64,000 nucleotides of DNA, taken from contig CBDBCZ010000019.1 in NCBI GenBank assembly GCA_965203295.1, forward strand, positions 1,920,001 to 1,984,000. The letters run 5' to 3'. Of the stretch, positions 50,595-62,216 are shown in pieces; positions within the stretch are counted from its first letter, which is position 1, and each line of letters opens with the position of its first letter. This DNA is from Nitrospirales bacterium (GTDB lineage Bacteria; Nitrospirota; Nitrospiria; Nitrospirales; UBA8639). The translations under genes were made by a program, and so were the position numbers. Below the pieces are notes generated by a model. It made no database searches. It was not told the DNA's origin and worked only from the letters and a program-made list of their open reading frames with translations.

Positions 50595-51106
50595 ATGTTA
50601 GTTAAAACCGGTGAACGAGTCCCCTTGGCTCGCCTCTTAACCTTTCTGGAACTTGGTGAACGCTTGGCCCATGATTGCGCGAAGGCACAAGCTTCCATTG
50701 CCCCTGAGCTAGGCATGCAGCGGTTTCTCCGAGGACAAGCACGGCAGGAAGGGTATCATGCAACGATATTTCATGCGGCAACGCGATGGTTGGTTCCACG
50801 GGGCTTGGGGCCATGCCATTTTTACAAGCCTTTAGAAGAGTATCGTCAGAAAATTGAGTCTGCGTTGCATTGTCAAAATTTTGCTGAAACGTTGCTTGCC
50901 CAATTGAAGCCCTTGGACTGATGGAGGATTACCTTGCTCTAACGGACTTGATGCTTCATGGACTACGAGATCTTTTCCAAGAAATTGACGAAGATCCATT
51001 GGAATACTCCAAAGAAGTGAGAGAATATCTTCCAACGTGGATGACACCCGCTCCAACGACACCTCTTATTCACCACACGAAACCCTCAATGGTAGCTCCC
51101 GTTTAG
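50595..51106 (+). pseudogene. Ferritin-like protein, broken (probable internal deletion)
   Basis: GERLAHDCA...QEGYH helix pair; the second ExxH half is missing between two abutting ORFs. Confidence 0.6.
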
Positions 51107-51135
51107 CTCTGGGGAAATGTGGCTCGGGGCCTTCT

Positions 51136-51831
51136 ATGATTTCCGTCATTATTCCTACATTCAATGAAGAATAGGGCCTCCCCAAGATGCTTGACCATCT
51201 TTTGAGGCAACCCGGAACTTATCATGTCTTTGTTGTCGACGGAGGGAGTACGGATAGGACCCCGGAGATCATACAGGCCGAACCACGTATCACTCCTTTG
51301 AACGCACCCAAAGGACGAGCTGCGCAAATGAATACCGGCGCCTACCAAGCCATCCAGGAGAGAAATCACCCGAACAATTGGCTTTTCTTTCTTCACGCCG
51401 ATACGATTCTTCCCCAAGGAGCCCTCCAGCATCTGAATGCTTTAGAGACAGACCTCTCCTGTCAGGCTGGAGGTTTTTTTCATCAGTTCTCTGGATCAGA
51501 TTGGCGCCTTCGATTAGTATCCCGGCTCAATAATTTTCGCTGTCGGAGATCTCGAATCATTTATGGAGACCAAGCGCTCTTCGTCCGACAGGGTCTTTTT
51601 GAGCGTCTTGGGGGATTCCCGGATCAATCTTTTTTGGAAGATATCGTCTTTTCCGAAAGACTTCTTCAGCACGTGAAGCCAATTCTCTTGAATCCACCAG
51701 TTGTGACGGACTCTCGGAAATTTGTGAAGATGGGCATCTGGCGTAGTCTTGTCAGAGTGTTGGTCATCATCCTTTGTGTCCAATTCCGCCTTCCTTTCGT
51801 TCCCAGGACCTTCTCTCAAGACGTCCGCTAG
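51136..51831 (+). pseudogene. GT2 glycosyltransferase (TIGR04283-like) with early nonsense codon
   Basis: MISVIIPTFNEE*GLPKM (TAG at 51172-51174), VDGGSTD, GRAAQMN, FLHAD and YGDQALF. Confidence 0.85.
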
Positions 51832-52053
51832 TGAGGAATGAACTGCAGCCAGTTTTTCTTTCTTTTTACTAATGATTTTCGAAAAGATACTATGACCGTT
51901 GATTCCGAGCAGAAAAGTCTATTGACCAGTATTGGCATAAAAAGGGGTTCAATTACGTCAAAAAACTAGCTAAAGTGAATAAACAAATCGGACTACCGAA
52001 TTAGTACAAGAACGACACCCTATAACCGTGCTCAATCATAAGGAAGACTTCCC

Positions 52054-52452
52054 ATGTCCAATAAGATTTCTAAAACAGATGAGGAATGGAAACAGCAACT
52101 GACGCCGGAGCAATACCATGTCACTCGGCAAGGTGGGACAGAACAAGCCTTTTCCGGTCCACTCTGTCACCAAAAAGGAGAAGGCATGTACTATTGCATT
52201 TGTTGTGGCACACCGCTATTCCACTCGAATGAAAAATTCGATTCTGAAACCGGTTGGCCTAGCTTTACAGCCCCGACAGGGAGCGAAGCCATTCAATCTA
52301 ACGTTGACCTCAGCCATGGTATGCAAAGAACTGAGGTGCAATGTTCAGCTTGCGATGCGCATCTGGGTCACGTCTTCGATGAAGGTCCCCTACCCACTGG
52401 ACAGCGATACTGTATTAATTCAGCTGCCCTTGATTTCAAAGAAAAACGTTAA
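52054..52452 (+). CDS. msrB: Peptide-methionine (R)-S-oxide reductase
   Basis: Two CxxC, GWPSF, HLGHVF and RYCINS. Confidence 0.95.
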   Translation: MSNKISKTDEEWKQQLTPEQYHVTRQGGTEQAFSGPLCHQKGEGMYYCICCGTPLFHSNEKFDSETGWPSFTAPTGSEAIQSNVDLSHGMQRTEVQCSACDAHLGHVFDEGPLPTGQRYCINSAALDFKEKR

Positions 52453-52472
52453 GGCTTGCGCACTCTCCTGTC

Positions 52473-52693
52473 TAAAAGTTTGAATTTCAGTTGAGGGATG
52501 CTGTCAGATGAAGTTGGGAATTCCTGCGACACGGTCATACCCGCAGTCGTCAACATGAATTCAGGAATATAAAGAAAGATGGATCCCCGCTAAATAATTT
52601 CGGGGATGACAGATAGAGGTTTTTCCGCGCCGGTGCCTCACCATCTTCACAATTCCACCAAACACTGTCTGAAATAAAAGAACCAAGTTTTTA
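52473..52693 (-). repeat. Mosaic intergenic repeat, copy D (minimal form retaining both ends)
   Basis: TAAAAGTTTGAATTTCAGTTGA...ACTGTCTGAAA...CAAGTTTTTA, with an internal REP pair. Confidence 0.8.
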
Positions 52694-52723
52694 TATCTCA
52701 TGAAGGGCATATGTCCATCGCAT

Positions 52724-53446
52724 TCACCACTCGGCGCCTAATCGGTCTATGATCACACGATGAACGATAGCATAAGGTCCCAACGAGGCAAGAAACACGG
52801 CTGTCTCTACCACATCAAATGGATTAATCTTTTGACTATGCACGATTTCTTCTGGAGTAGCATCGACTAACTCATTAGCCACTCCACCGGGACAAATGGC
52901 ACAGACTTTAATGTGGTATGCTCGACCTTCATCCGCTAAGGCCTTGGTCAATCCCATCATGCCATGTTTTGACGCACTATAGGCACTCACCCCTGCCCAG
53001 GCGTCAACTCCAGTCACGCTCGACATGTTGATAATGGTCCCTCCTTCCACTTGTTCTTTCATCTTTTGAAACCCAGCACGACAACACAGGAACGTTCCTC
53101 GCAGATTGGTTTGGAGCACTCGATCAAATTCCTCCAGACGTGTGTGTTCAAGACGTCTTCTTTGGAAAATGCCTGCATTATTGACTAAGATGTCCAACCG
53201 ACCGTACGTCTGAATTGTGCTGGCGATAAGTTGTTCTACCTGCGCTTCAGAGGTAACGTCCGCTTTGTGCACCAGTGCCTCCCCGCCCATTTAACGAATA
53301 TGATCGGCCACTTCCTGGCAAAGCTCTTCACGTCTTGCCGCCACCACCACCCGGGCTCACTCTTCTGCAAATTTCAACGCAACAGCTTTTCCAATTCCAC
53401 TGTTCCCACCTGTCACAATGGCAACCTTATCAGTTAAACGAGCCAA
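52724..53446 (-). pseudogene. SDR oxidoreductase with two nonsense codons
   Basis: TTG start, TGGNSGIG, TGA at 53357-53359, TAA at 53291-53293, then NNAG and YSASK. Confidence 0.9.
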
Positions 53447-53580
53447 AACGCCTCTCCCTTCTTTTTCAAGACCAGCTTGATTGCATATCAATCTTCCACG
53501 GCAACCCTGTAGACTGCATGAGGAGAACAACACCCCATAGTCTTCACCCCTTTCACATTGCTGATGGCTTCAACAAACGG

Positions 53581-54600
53581 CTAGGTGCGCCAATATAAAG
53601 TTTGCGCTTTGATGGGATTTTGAAAAGGGCGGTGTTCGGCTTGGGCAGACGCAAATTCTTTCTTCAATTGATAATACCATTTCGCCTGCGTATCCGGATC
53701 GTTCACGAACATTTGAGGCGGATCATGGACAAGTCCTTTGCTCAGCTTGACCATCGCTTGACGATCTTGGTTGAGAAACCGATGCCCTAATCCTCTTAAG
53801 ATAGGGCGAAACACGTTTAACCACGGCATGGTCCAAAACATTTGATGATTCACCAGCGTTTCGGTCTTAGAAACGGGCGTCACCACGGTCATCCCAACGA
53901 AAAGGTTTTTTCCTACGCGAATGTATTCATGGCGGATACCTGGCAGCTGGAAGGTAATCTCAGTATGAGGTTCTCCACCCAACAGCCGGTAGACACGTGA
54001 GTTACTCGAAGCGACGTGGCTAGCCATCGTAAATCCCAGTTCAGAAGGGACAAACTCTTTGGCTTTGTTTCGTATGTCGTCTGGTGTCCGCCATAACCGC
54101 GATTGGTGGATAAAAGGTCCATGGGCTGGATCGAGAAGACCAAGCGCTGCGTAATCGACGTGACAGGGGAAAGTCATGGTAATTCCGATCTGCGTATGGT
54201 GTTCTCCAATATCAAGAATTCGTGGAATCGCTGGCTGCGTCCCATTCCCTTCTCCCATAAAAATCCAAATATTCCCCTGCGCTTCTTCACAGAGATACCG
54301 CCTAACCTTGATTTTTCCAGGCTCAATAGCCTGATCATCTACCAAGCACGGCACAGCCATACACCGTCCTTGTGAATCGAATCGCCACCCGTGATAAGCG
54401 CATTCGACTTCTTCCCCATTGAAACGACCTTCCGATAGCGGCATGCCTCGATGCGGACAAAGATCGCGCAAGGCAAATGATTTTCCGCCTTCGGTTCGCC
54501 CAATCAAGATCGGCTCCTCTAACAATGTCATGGCCACCATGTGACCAGGCCTCACCTGTCTGCTGGGGATCGCCAAATACCACAGATCTTTCAAGAACAT
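53581..54600 (-). CDS. Rieske non-heme iron oxygenase alpha subunit
   Basis: CPHRG...CAYHGW Rieske ligands and DPAHGPFIH mononuclear iron motif. Confidence 0.92.
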   Translation of the reverse strand: MFLKDLWYLAIPSRQVRPGHMVAMTLLEEPILIGRTEGGKSFALRDLCPHRGMPLSEGRFNGEEVECAYHGWRFDSQGRCMAVPCLVDDQAIEPGKIKVRRYLCEEAQGNIWIFMGEGNGTQPAIPRILDIGEHHTQIGITMTFPCHVDYAALGLLDPAHGPFIHQSRLWRTPDDIRNKAKEFVPSELGFTMASHVASSNSRVYRLLGGEPHTEITFQLPGIRHEYIRVGKNLFVGMTVVTPVSKTETLVNHQMFWTMPWLNVFRPILRGLGHRFLNQDRQAMVKLSKGLVHDPPQMFVNDPDTQAKWYYQLKKEFASAQAEHRPFQNPIKAQTLYWRT

Positions 54601-54748
54601 TGTGCTACTCAGTCTTTAAAAAAATTCGGAATTACCACCGAACCTTAAGGTCAACCTGTACGGACGATCAAGTGGAACCTCTTGATCGACGCTTCCGCCT
54701 TCCAGGCTGGAAGTCTTCGCTCAATTAAACTAATAATATTTACGTCGG

Positions 54749-55120
54749 TCAACATCGCTTCTTTCTCTCACGTCCGCTATGGATAAACTTCGAAAGTTTT
54801 TGAACGATGGGTCTTGGAATTCCATGACCACCCCGAAAACCATGCCACTCCACCTCCAGACCAGGCATGACCAGGAACTCGCGAAGTTGTTTCGCTAACG
54901 CAACAGGCAAGACTGGATCGGACGTCCCGTGGCTCTGAAACACACGAAGCCCTCTGCGTGTGTGGAGCAAGGGATTCCAGACCTCTCTGGCAATCAGCAT
55001 TCCAGAAAGGAGAACTAGGCTCACAAACGGAATCTTTGTGTGCAAAGCAATATCACAAGCAAGGATGGCTCCTTGGGAGAATCCACCGAGCACAAGGTAC
55101 CCCTTGGTTACAAAGGCCAA
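54749..55120 (-). pseudogene. Phospholipase/carboxylesterase C-terminal fragment
   Basis: GFSQG, HGTSDPVLP and GGHGI; the N-terminal half is absent. Confidence 0.75.
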
Positions 55121-55159
55121 AAGCTCTTGCGTAGGCTAACAAACCTTTTCAATAAACGG

Positions 55160-55990
55160 CTAGGTCGAAACTGTTCCCTGATTGCTATCAAGAAGCCGCA
55201 TCACACCTTTTGCCCATCCCAGAGGACCGATTCCCTCCAGAAGCGTCAGCCCCTTAAAGGCAATCCCTTCTTGGTACCCACCTCCTCGTTGTTCGACCAA
55301 AAACGGATAATCGACTCGTTCCAGCATGGGCAAGTCATTCAAACTATCTCCAAAGGCGGCCGTCGTGATTTCTCCCCAATGAGTTTTGTAGAGGTCGATC
55401 AGAATCCGACAGGCCTGGCCTTTGTGCGTACCTCCCACCAAATGACCAAACCGACCTGCCACCACAATGATGAGGCCCAATTGCGCCGCCTCATGACGAA
55501 GCTCAAATACTTTAGAGGGATCATTCAACATAAAGGGTTCATCGTATTCTCGCTCCTGCGCTCGAGAAGCTTGAATGGGAGATAACCCTGTCGCTGTGAC
55601 AATATCATCAGTCGTCATATCACCAAAACCGACGAGACGAATTCCGACCTTTTCTTCCATTCGACGGAGTCCTTCTCGCAAACGTTGATACGGCACACCA
55701 AATTCTAAAACATGATATCCGTCGCGCTGAACAGCATTGGGTGGTTCCTCTGGAAAGTAATTTGTCGGGATGTAGACGGCCCCTCCATTTTCCACGATAA
55801 ACGGGAAGGTATTCTCTAATTCCTGTCGAAGGGGCTCGACTTCTGCCCTTGTTTTACTCGTGCAAAGGACCAACGGAATTTTTCTAGCAGCAATCTCTGC
55901 GAGTGCCTCACTGGCCGCATCATACTGGTAGGTTTCCCCATCCAGAAGTGACCCATCTAAATCTGTAAAAGTAATCAGTTGGCTCATCAC
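55160..55990 (-). CDS. mpgP: HAD-IIB mannosyl-3-phosphoglycerate phosphatase-like
   Basis: FTDLDGSLLD, TSKTRAE, ENGG, REYDEPF and GDSLNDLPML. Confidence 0.85.
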   Translation of the reverse strand: MMSQLITFTDLDGSLLDGETYQYDAASEALAEIAARKIPLVLCTSKTRAEVEPLRQELENTFPFIVENGGAVYIPTNYFPEEPPNAVQRDGYHVLEFGVPYQRLREGLRRMEEKVGIRLVGFGDMTTDDIVTATGLSPIQASRAQEREYDEPFMLNDPSKVFELRHEAAQLGLIIVVAGRFGHLVGGTHKGQACRILIDLYKTHWGEITTAAFGDSLNDLPMLERVDYPFLVEQRGGGYQEGIAFKGLTLLEGIGPLGWAKGVMRLLDSNQGTVST

Positions 55991-58317
55991 AAGGAAGCTG
56001 GGATTACTGTTCTAGTCAAGCTATTATTCTGACCGCCTGTAGATACTCGGGTTCCCCGAAGACTTCGTTCTCGATGGAAAATTCTGGCCAATTCATAAAC
56101 TAGAGGGTCTTTTCTCCATTGATCAAATGTTTTTACGAACTTGCGTTGCCACACGGGGTACGACCCATGCGGTGCTCCAGGCACATTCGGGGTATCGATC
56201 TCACCTAACATATCTTCTAAAGAAATGGAGACGATCTGGCTGGATGTTCGTGCCAAATAGGCATAGATGCTCCGACACAATTCATCCGTGAGACGAAGCA
56301 CGTCTTCTTGGTGGAGAGAGCATCCCTGAGGGAGTAAACCCTCCCGTTTCAGTGCATACAGCAACGCCCTTCGATCCCGTTCTCGTGAAAACCAATCTTG
56401 CCTGGTCTTTTTCTTGGAAGGATAGAGCCTTAATTTCTCCTTGATTTCAATATCATGTCCTGCCCAAAAACCACGAAGGGTTGGCAAATCATGGGTGTTG
56501 GCCGATACAAGGGCCTGAGTGGGGAACGCCCGCGGTCGTTGAAACCCTCGCCCGGTTGGTTTCTCAAACATCAGAAGGCGATAGGATAAGAGTCCTGCGT
56601 CCAACAACCGCCTCCGGATCACTGGAGTCACCGTTCCGAGATCCTCACCTACAATCATCACACGAGATCGTTCGCTTTCAATCGCCAGGATGGCCAATAA
56701 CTCTTCATGTTTATACCGTACATAGGCCCCTTGTGTCGCTGGTTCACCCTTGGGAATTCAGAACAGTCGAAAAAGCCCCAAGGCATGGTCAAGACGAAGA
56801 AGTCCGCCATATTGCATATTTCTTCTCAGGGTTTCCCGAATAAATTGATATCCTGTCGCCCGGAGCTGTTGAGGATCAGGCGGTTGCACCCCGCAGTTTT
56901 GCCCTAATAAATTGAAATGATCGGGAGGAGCGCCAATAGTCACCTGTGAAGCCAGTTGGTTTTGAAAAACCCACGCATCCGCACCATCTGGGTGAATATC
57001 TACGGCTAGATCATGATATAACCCAATGGTCATTCCAGAACCGGTGGTGACCCGATCGAGGTTTTGCAGTTGAAGCTCGCACTGCCATTCCAAGTAGCGA
57101 AAAAAATCGATTCGATCGCGATGCTCAACTCCAAATTTCGCGACAACAACAGAGTTGGGGTTTTGATACTCTACGGGCCACTCACCCCATCCCTTCCCTC
57201 CGAAATGTTCTGACAACACCTGAAACAATGCGTATTGAAAAAGAACTTGACCACCTTGTTTCCGGCAAAATCGATCAAAGGCTTGTCCCCGACGTGTCCC
57301 CTGCTGAAGGTGCTTCTTGTAAAATGCGCGGTAGAGCTTTTCAAATACCGGCCATTTCATCGCATGCACTTCCTGGTAGTCCACTAGTTCTCCCTGACGA
57401 CTGGCATGGAGGCGAGCCTGAAAAGCCCGTCGACGATAGGCTCGGCGAATTGATGGAGTCGTACGAAATTCCAAAATACCTTCCACATCCAGATACATGG
57501 GGTTATGAAATAAGCGACTGGAGGGAGAATAGGGACTCAGAAGACCAGGAGGTAACGCATGAAGGGGGTTAATGCCGACCATATCGGCCCCTAGAGAACA
57601 ACCTGCCCACCTGGTCAGCCTTCGAAGGTCATGCAAATCCCCGATACCCCAATTCTTCATCGAGCAAAGACCGTAAAGCTGGACGATAAGGCCCCAAAAC
57701 TTTCGTGTTTGAGGGATCTGATAACAACTGGGAGGTGTGACAATGATGAGCGATCGTCCTTCGATAATCCTTTTATGAAAAGAGACTGTGACGGAGAGAG
57801 AATAGTATCCATACGTCAGACGAGTAGGAAAAGCAAGCTTCGTCTTCACGTACCGTTGGCCTTCAAATGTTCGACGGTGAAACAGTTTGATTGACGTTCC
57901 GCGACTCACTCCACATCGTCGATTTCCTGTTTTTGAAACAATCTCCCATTGTATGGTCAATTCCTCACGCCTGTGCATCCCTATCGGAATAGAGAGAACA
58001 TAATGGGTGGTTACTGCCGTTGTTGGCTTCACAACAATCACATCATCAATCAATTGAGTCCAGCCTCGAGTTTTGGCAGCCACTAAAGAACATCGGACTT
58101 CATCAGACGATTTCACAGGGATCTTCATGTTCTCCAAAATCAACCGTAGTGTTTTGTCTGGAACGACTCGCTTTTTTCTAAGGCCGTCCTGGTATTCCAC
58201 TTCAATACCATGAAGACCGGCTAGCTCGTGGAGAGCCGATCTCCGGCTCAACGATGAACGTTTGTGGGACGATCGTCGGGTCGTAGGCACGGAACCTGAA
58301 AGACGGCGTTTAGACAT
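55987..58317 (-). pseudogene. malQ: 4-alpha-glucanotransferase with in-frame stop
   Basis: SPYSPSSR, RLDHALGLFRLF*IP (TGA at 56758-56760 where Trp is expected), GEDLG and THDLPT. Conserved GQNWG has drifted to GQNCG. Confidence 0.9.
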
Positions 58318-58368
58318 GTTCTATACAAATTCAGAAAAGAAGCCCATATCAACTCGCGAGGGAAAGAA

Positions 58369-58797
58369 TTAAAGCGGGGTTTGGGGCTGTTCTTGAAGCT
58401 GCTCTTGAGGCTCTTCTAATGGAATACGTTCTACAGGGTTCTCTGGTGTATTGTTTTGAAATTCTGGCTTCATCACGGCGGTTATGGAGGGATCCTGAAC
58501 AAATGGTTCATACTGTCTCAGGCCTAGAGTCACCATATCTCCTCGATCGACCAAGAGAGCAATCTCAGCGGTACGGTGCTTGAACGTTGCAAGAAGAGCT
58601 CCGCTCGCCGTGGAAACTGTGAGCAAAAGCCGATCATCCTCCCGTTGCTTTTGCACAACTTTTCCTTCAAGAGCAGAGACGTTGGGTTGTAAGGCTTTTG
58701 GCACATACTGGTCGACATACCGAGATGGCAGCAGGGGCAGCCCAAGACCAAGCCCCAAACCAACAACAAATAACGTGATCCCTACCAACAGTTTCAT
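58369..58797 (-). CDS. Hypothetical membrane-anchored protein
   Basis: N-terminal TM; co-oriented in the cluster. Confidence 0.65.
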   Translation of the reverse strand: MKLLVGITLFVVGLGLGLGLPLLPSRYVDQYVPKALQPNVSALEGKVVQKQREDDRLLLTVSTASGALLATFKHRTAEIALLVDRGDMVTLGLRQYEPFVQDPSITAVMKPEFQNNTPENPVERIPLEEPQEQLQEQPQTPL

Positions 58798-58834
58798 GAA
58801 TGTTTTTCAGCCCTCACACCCGCACAGGAAAAGG

Positions 58835-59062
58835 TTAACGCGCAAATTTATTGCGTCGATCAACAATATTTTCAACCTTTTCTTTGGCATCCTCGACGAA
58901 CTCACCAGCTCGCTCACTAACATCCTCCATCATCGTCCGCAAATGTCGTCGAGTGCGACTCCTCGATTGCGGGGCCAATAACAATCCCGCTCCAAGTCCA
59001 ACTACGAGTCCAAAAAAAAAGGCAATGCCAGCAACCATAAAACAACGCATTTCATCATCCAT
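58835..59062 (-). CDS. YtxH domain protein
   Basis: GLVVGLGAGLLLAPQSRSRTR; AGGAGG RBS. Confidence 0.8.
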   Translation of the reverse strand: MDDEMRCFMVAGIAFFFGLVVGLGAGLLLAPQSRSRTRRHLRTMMEDVSERAGEFVEDAKEKVENIVDRRNKFAR

Positions 59063-59154
59063 AGGGCCTCCTTAATAAAACCTTTGTATCATACCACAAG
59101 GGTGCCAGGTAAAACTCCTCATCTCAACATCACGGATCAAAGTCAAAACCTAGG

Positions 59155-60554
59155 TTACGATTGCATCAATTTATTATAGGCATCCAGGGCAGCGACTTTA
59201 TAGCACTCAGCCATAGTTGGATAGTTGAAAACCGTGTTCATAAAGTAATCCAGTCCACCACCCAGTCCTAATACGGCTTGACCAATGTGCACTAATTCTG
59301 TAGCCCCAGTTCCAATGATGTGAACTCCAAGCAAAGTATGATTGTCCCGATGGAACAATAATTTGAGCAACCCGCTATGATCCCCGACGATTTGCCCGCG
59401 CGCTATTTCACGGTACCTTGCCAATCCGATTTCGTATGGAATTTTTTGAGCGGTGAGTTCATGCTCAGGTTTACCAACCATCGATATTTCAGGAATCGCA
59501 TAAATCCCAATGGGAAAGTGTGACGGCATAGAATCGGTTACCACACCAAATGCATAACAGGCAACGAGTCTTCCTTGCTCAGATGAGGTCGCTGCCAGAC
59601 TGGGGTAACCAATTACATCCCCAGCGGCAAAAATATGAGGAGTGGCCGTTCGAAATTGCTCATCGACGTCCAAGCGTCCACGTTGATTAGCCGTTAAACC
59701 TGCCGATTCAAGACATAGGGCGCTGGTCGCTCCCAATCTTCCGGAAAACAACGCCACCTCAGATACCAGACGCTTACCTGATTCCAAATGAACTATGGCT
59801 CTTTTTGGCGGACCTTCCGCAACCTCCAATCGCTCCACCGCTTCCCCAAAACGAAACAAGACGTTGTGATTCCGTAAGAGATGAATCAATTCATCGACAA
59901 TTTCTCTATCCAAAAACTCCAGCGGGCGTTCCCGTTTATCCACCACAGTCACTTCAACACCCAAGGCCGCAAACATTGAAGCATATTCTACTCCGACCAA
60001 ATCTGCCCCAATGACCACCATGGCTTTGGGAATGTGCTCCATGCCGAGTACCTCATCACTGGTCATGACTATTTTTCCATCAGCTAACACTCCCAGCATA
60101 GGAGCCGGCACAGTCCCCACAGCAATCAAAATATATTCCGCAGTGAGTAGCGAATATCGGATCCAGAATCAACTTTGATCGTGTGCGCATCGTGAAACGT
60201 CGCTTTCCCTCGAAACACAGTCACATCATTCCGTCGCAATTGGGCTTCAACTACTCCTGTTTCAGCTTGGACAACGTTATTCACTCGTGACCACAGTTGA
60301 TCGCCAGTCGGGCGCCTATCGAGTTGGTAGCCTTGGCCAGCCACAAATCGATTCGCCAGGCCAGAAAGGTCCAGAACGGCTTCACGAAATGTCTTGCTGG
60401 GAATGGTTCCCGTCTCCAAACAGACCCCACCAACGATCCGGCATTTTTCAATGACTGCTGCACGTTTTTCCAGCTTCGCAGCCTGGACCGCAGCACGTTG
60501 ACCTGCCGGCCCACTTCCAATACACAATAAGTCGAAATCAAATATATCGCTCAT
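59155..60554 (-). pseudogene. sthA: Soluble pyridine nucleotide transhydrogenase, frameshifted
   Basis: GSGPAG, GGVCLETGTIPSK and FNYPTMAECYK. Frameshift near 60150; the NAD-binding GxGxxG reads GADLVG. Confidence 0.88.
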
Positions 60555-60897
60555 GCCGTTTCGTTTTTTGCATATGATCGGCAGGGATACATTTTCTGAA
60601 CACTGAAACTGTCGTCCAGGAAATCGTCAGGAACACATATTTCATGCGTCAATATTACCTGCGGTTCTGGTTTTAGGGAAGACTTTTCCGAAGGAGAAGA
60701 AGGACGACTCCCAAACCATGTTCCATCACCCTGAGCCAGCGCCGAAAATTGTGCCTCGGGAAAGGTGAGAGTATCCTCAATACCTATGAAGATTCTCATC
60801 CTCATGCTGAACCATTGTCAACAGGAAGGAAGCAGGAGCAATACGAAAATGAACCTGCTAGAATTAGAAACCTGACCTTCAATCGAGAAGGACATGT

Positions 60898-61347
60898 ATG
60901 GATAAGAAGAAATTTATTGTTTTTGGTTTTCTCGTCTTGGGAGTCCTACTTTGGAGTATTTGGGAATTTATCGATTCCCAATCAACGTGTGATCCCCAAT
61001 CAGCAGAAATCCGTTTAAAAAACCTTTCAGATAAAGGCATTCAAAGCGTACAACATCCCCCTAGTCAGTCAAATTTGTTATGGATTCACGTCGGCCCTGC
61101 GTGGCATGCCCTTCCTCATGAAGAAAAAACCATGATTGATCGAGTCGTTCGATGTGCAGCGCAAACATTTGACGCCCAGAATCGTCCCACATGGCAAGCC
61201 GCTTATTATGACCAGACCACTCGCAAACTCGTGGCACTCACCAGTCGAAAATGGGGCTTTCGTATAAAAGATCGAGAGTCACATTTCGCGCAACAGTTTC
61301 CAATTCCGGAAGAACCACGACTTTTACAGGGAAAAATCCCAGATTAA
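60898..61347 (+). CDS. Hypothetical membrane-anchored protein
   Basis: N-terminal TM with an AAGGA RBS. Confidence 0.6.
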   Translation: MDKKKFIVFGFLVLGVLLWSIWEFIDSQSTCDPQSAEIRLKNLSDKGIQSVQHPPSQSNLLWIHVGPAWHALPHEEKTMIDRVVRCAAQTFDAQNRPTWQAAYYDQTTRKLVALTSRKWGFRIKDRESHFAQQFPIPEEPRLLQGKIPD

Positions 61348-61540
61348 ATGGAGGAGCTTGATCATGAACCCACGGTATGAGCCCAAAAACATTTGACGGT
61401 TCTTTTCGAATAGGGTATCTCCTCCCTCCGTGTTCTCTATGGGTTCCAAGCCAACCTTTCCCGTAAGACTTGAGTTCAACCTTTTACAAGCTTGGCACTC
61501 TTTTTTGCCCATCCCCACAACATGGTAAAATATCGCACCG

Positions 61541-62216
61541 ATGCGGTTTTTGATTGTTGAAGACGAGCCTAAGGTTGCCTCCTTCATTCGGCGTGCCTTG
61601 GAAGAAGAAAGTTATGCTGTCGACGTATGTTCTGACGGCTTGAAGGGCCTCGATCTGGCCTGCGAGGTCGACTATGACTTGGTCATTTTAGATCTGATGC
61701 TCCCTGGGTTGCCTGGTCTGGAAGTTCTCAAAAAACTTCGTGCAGCGAAGGTAAAAAACCCCCGTTCTCATTCTGACCGCACGTTCAGAAGTCGACCAAC
61801 GCGTCAAAGGGTTGGACATGGGTGCTGATGACTATCTGACCAAACCCTTTGCCATTGACGAACTCCTTGCAAGGGTACGAGCTCTCTTGAGTCGAGCGGT
61901 GGGGGAAACAACCGGTCTCCTTCAAGTTGATGACTTAGTCCTCAACCCTGTGACTCATGAAGTCACCCGTGGAGGAAAGCGCATTGACCTCACGTCAAAA
62001 GAGTACGCGCTGTTGGAATATCTGATGAGGAATGCTGGCCGAGTTTTGACTCGACCGATGATCACCGAACATGTCTGGGATCTCGATTTCGATACATTTA
62101 CTAACGTCATTGATGTCTATATCAGCTATCTCCGGAATAAAATTGATCGTGGTCGTGACCGGAATTTGATTCACACCATTCGAGGAAGCGGGTACATGGT
62201 GAAGGTTGAAGAATGA
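61541..62216 (+). pseudogene. CusR/CzcR-like OmpR response regulator with +1 frameshift
   Basis: VEDE and DLMLPG motifs. Removing one A from the A6 run at ~61753 restores KTPVLILTA...GADDYLTKPF. Confidence 0.85.

Noticed and set aside
56758..56760. TGA at a conserved Trp in malQ (and a likely Trp in the epimerase), suggesting stop-codon reassignment or selenocysteine
   Set aside because: Other in-frame TGAs replace likely Arg (HK) and Gly (SDR), TAA and TAG interruptions also occur, and TGA terminates intact genes such as gltB and gltD. Ordinary nonsense mutation explains it.
61493..61508. TGGCAC...TTGC sigma-54-like motif before the response regulator
   Set aside because: Spacing is GG-N11-GC rather than the required N10, unless the T-run is miscalled.
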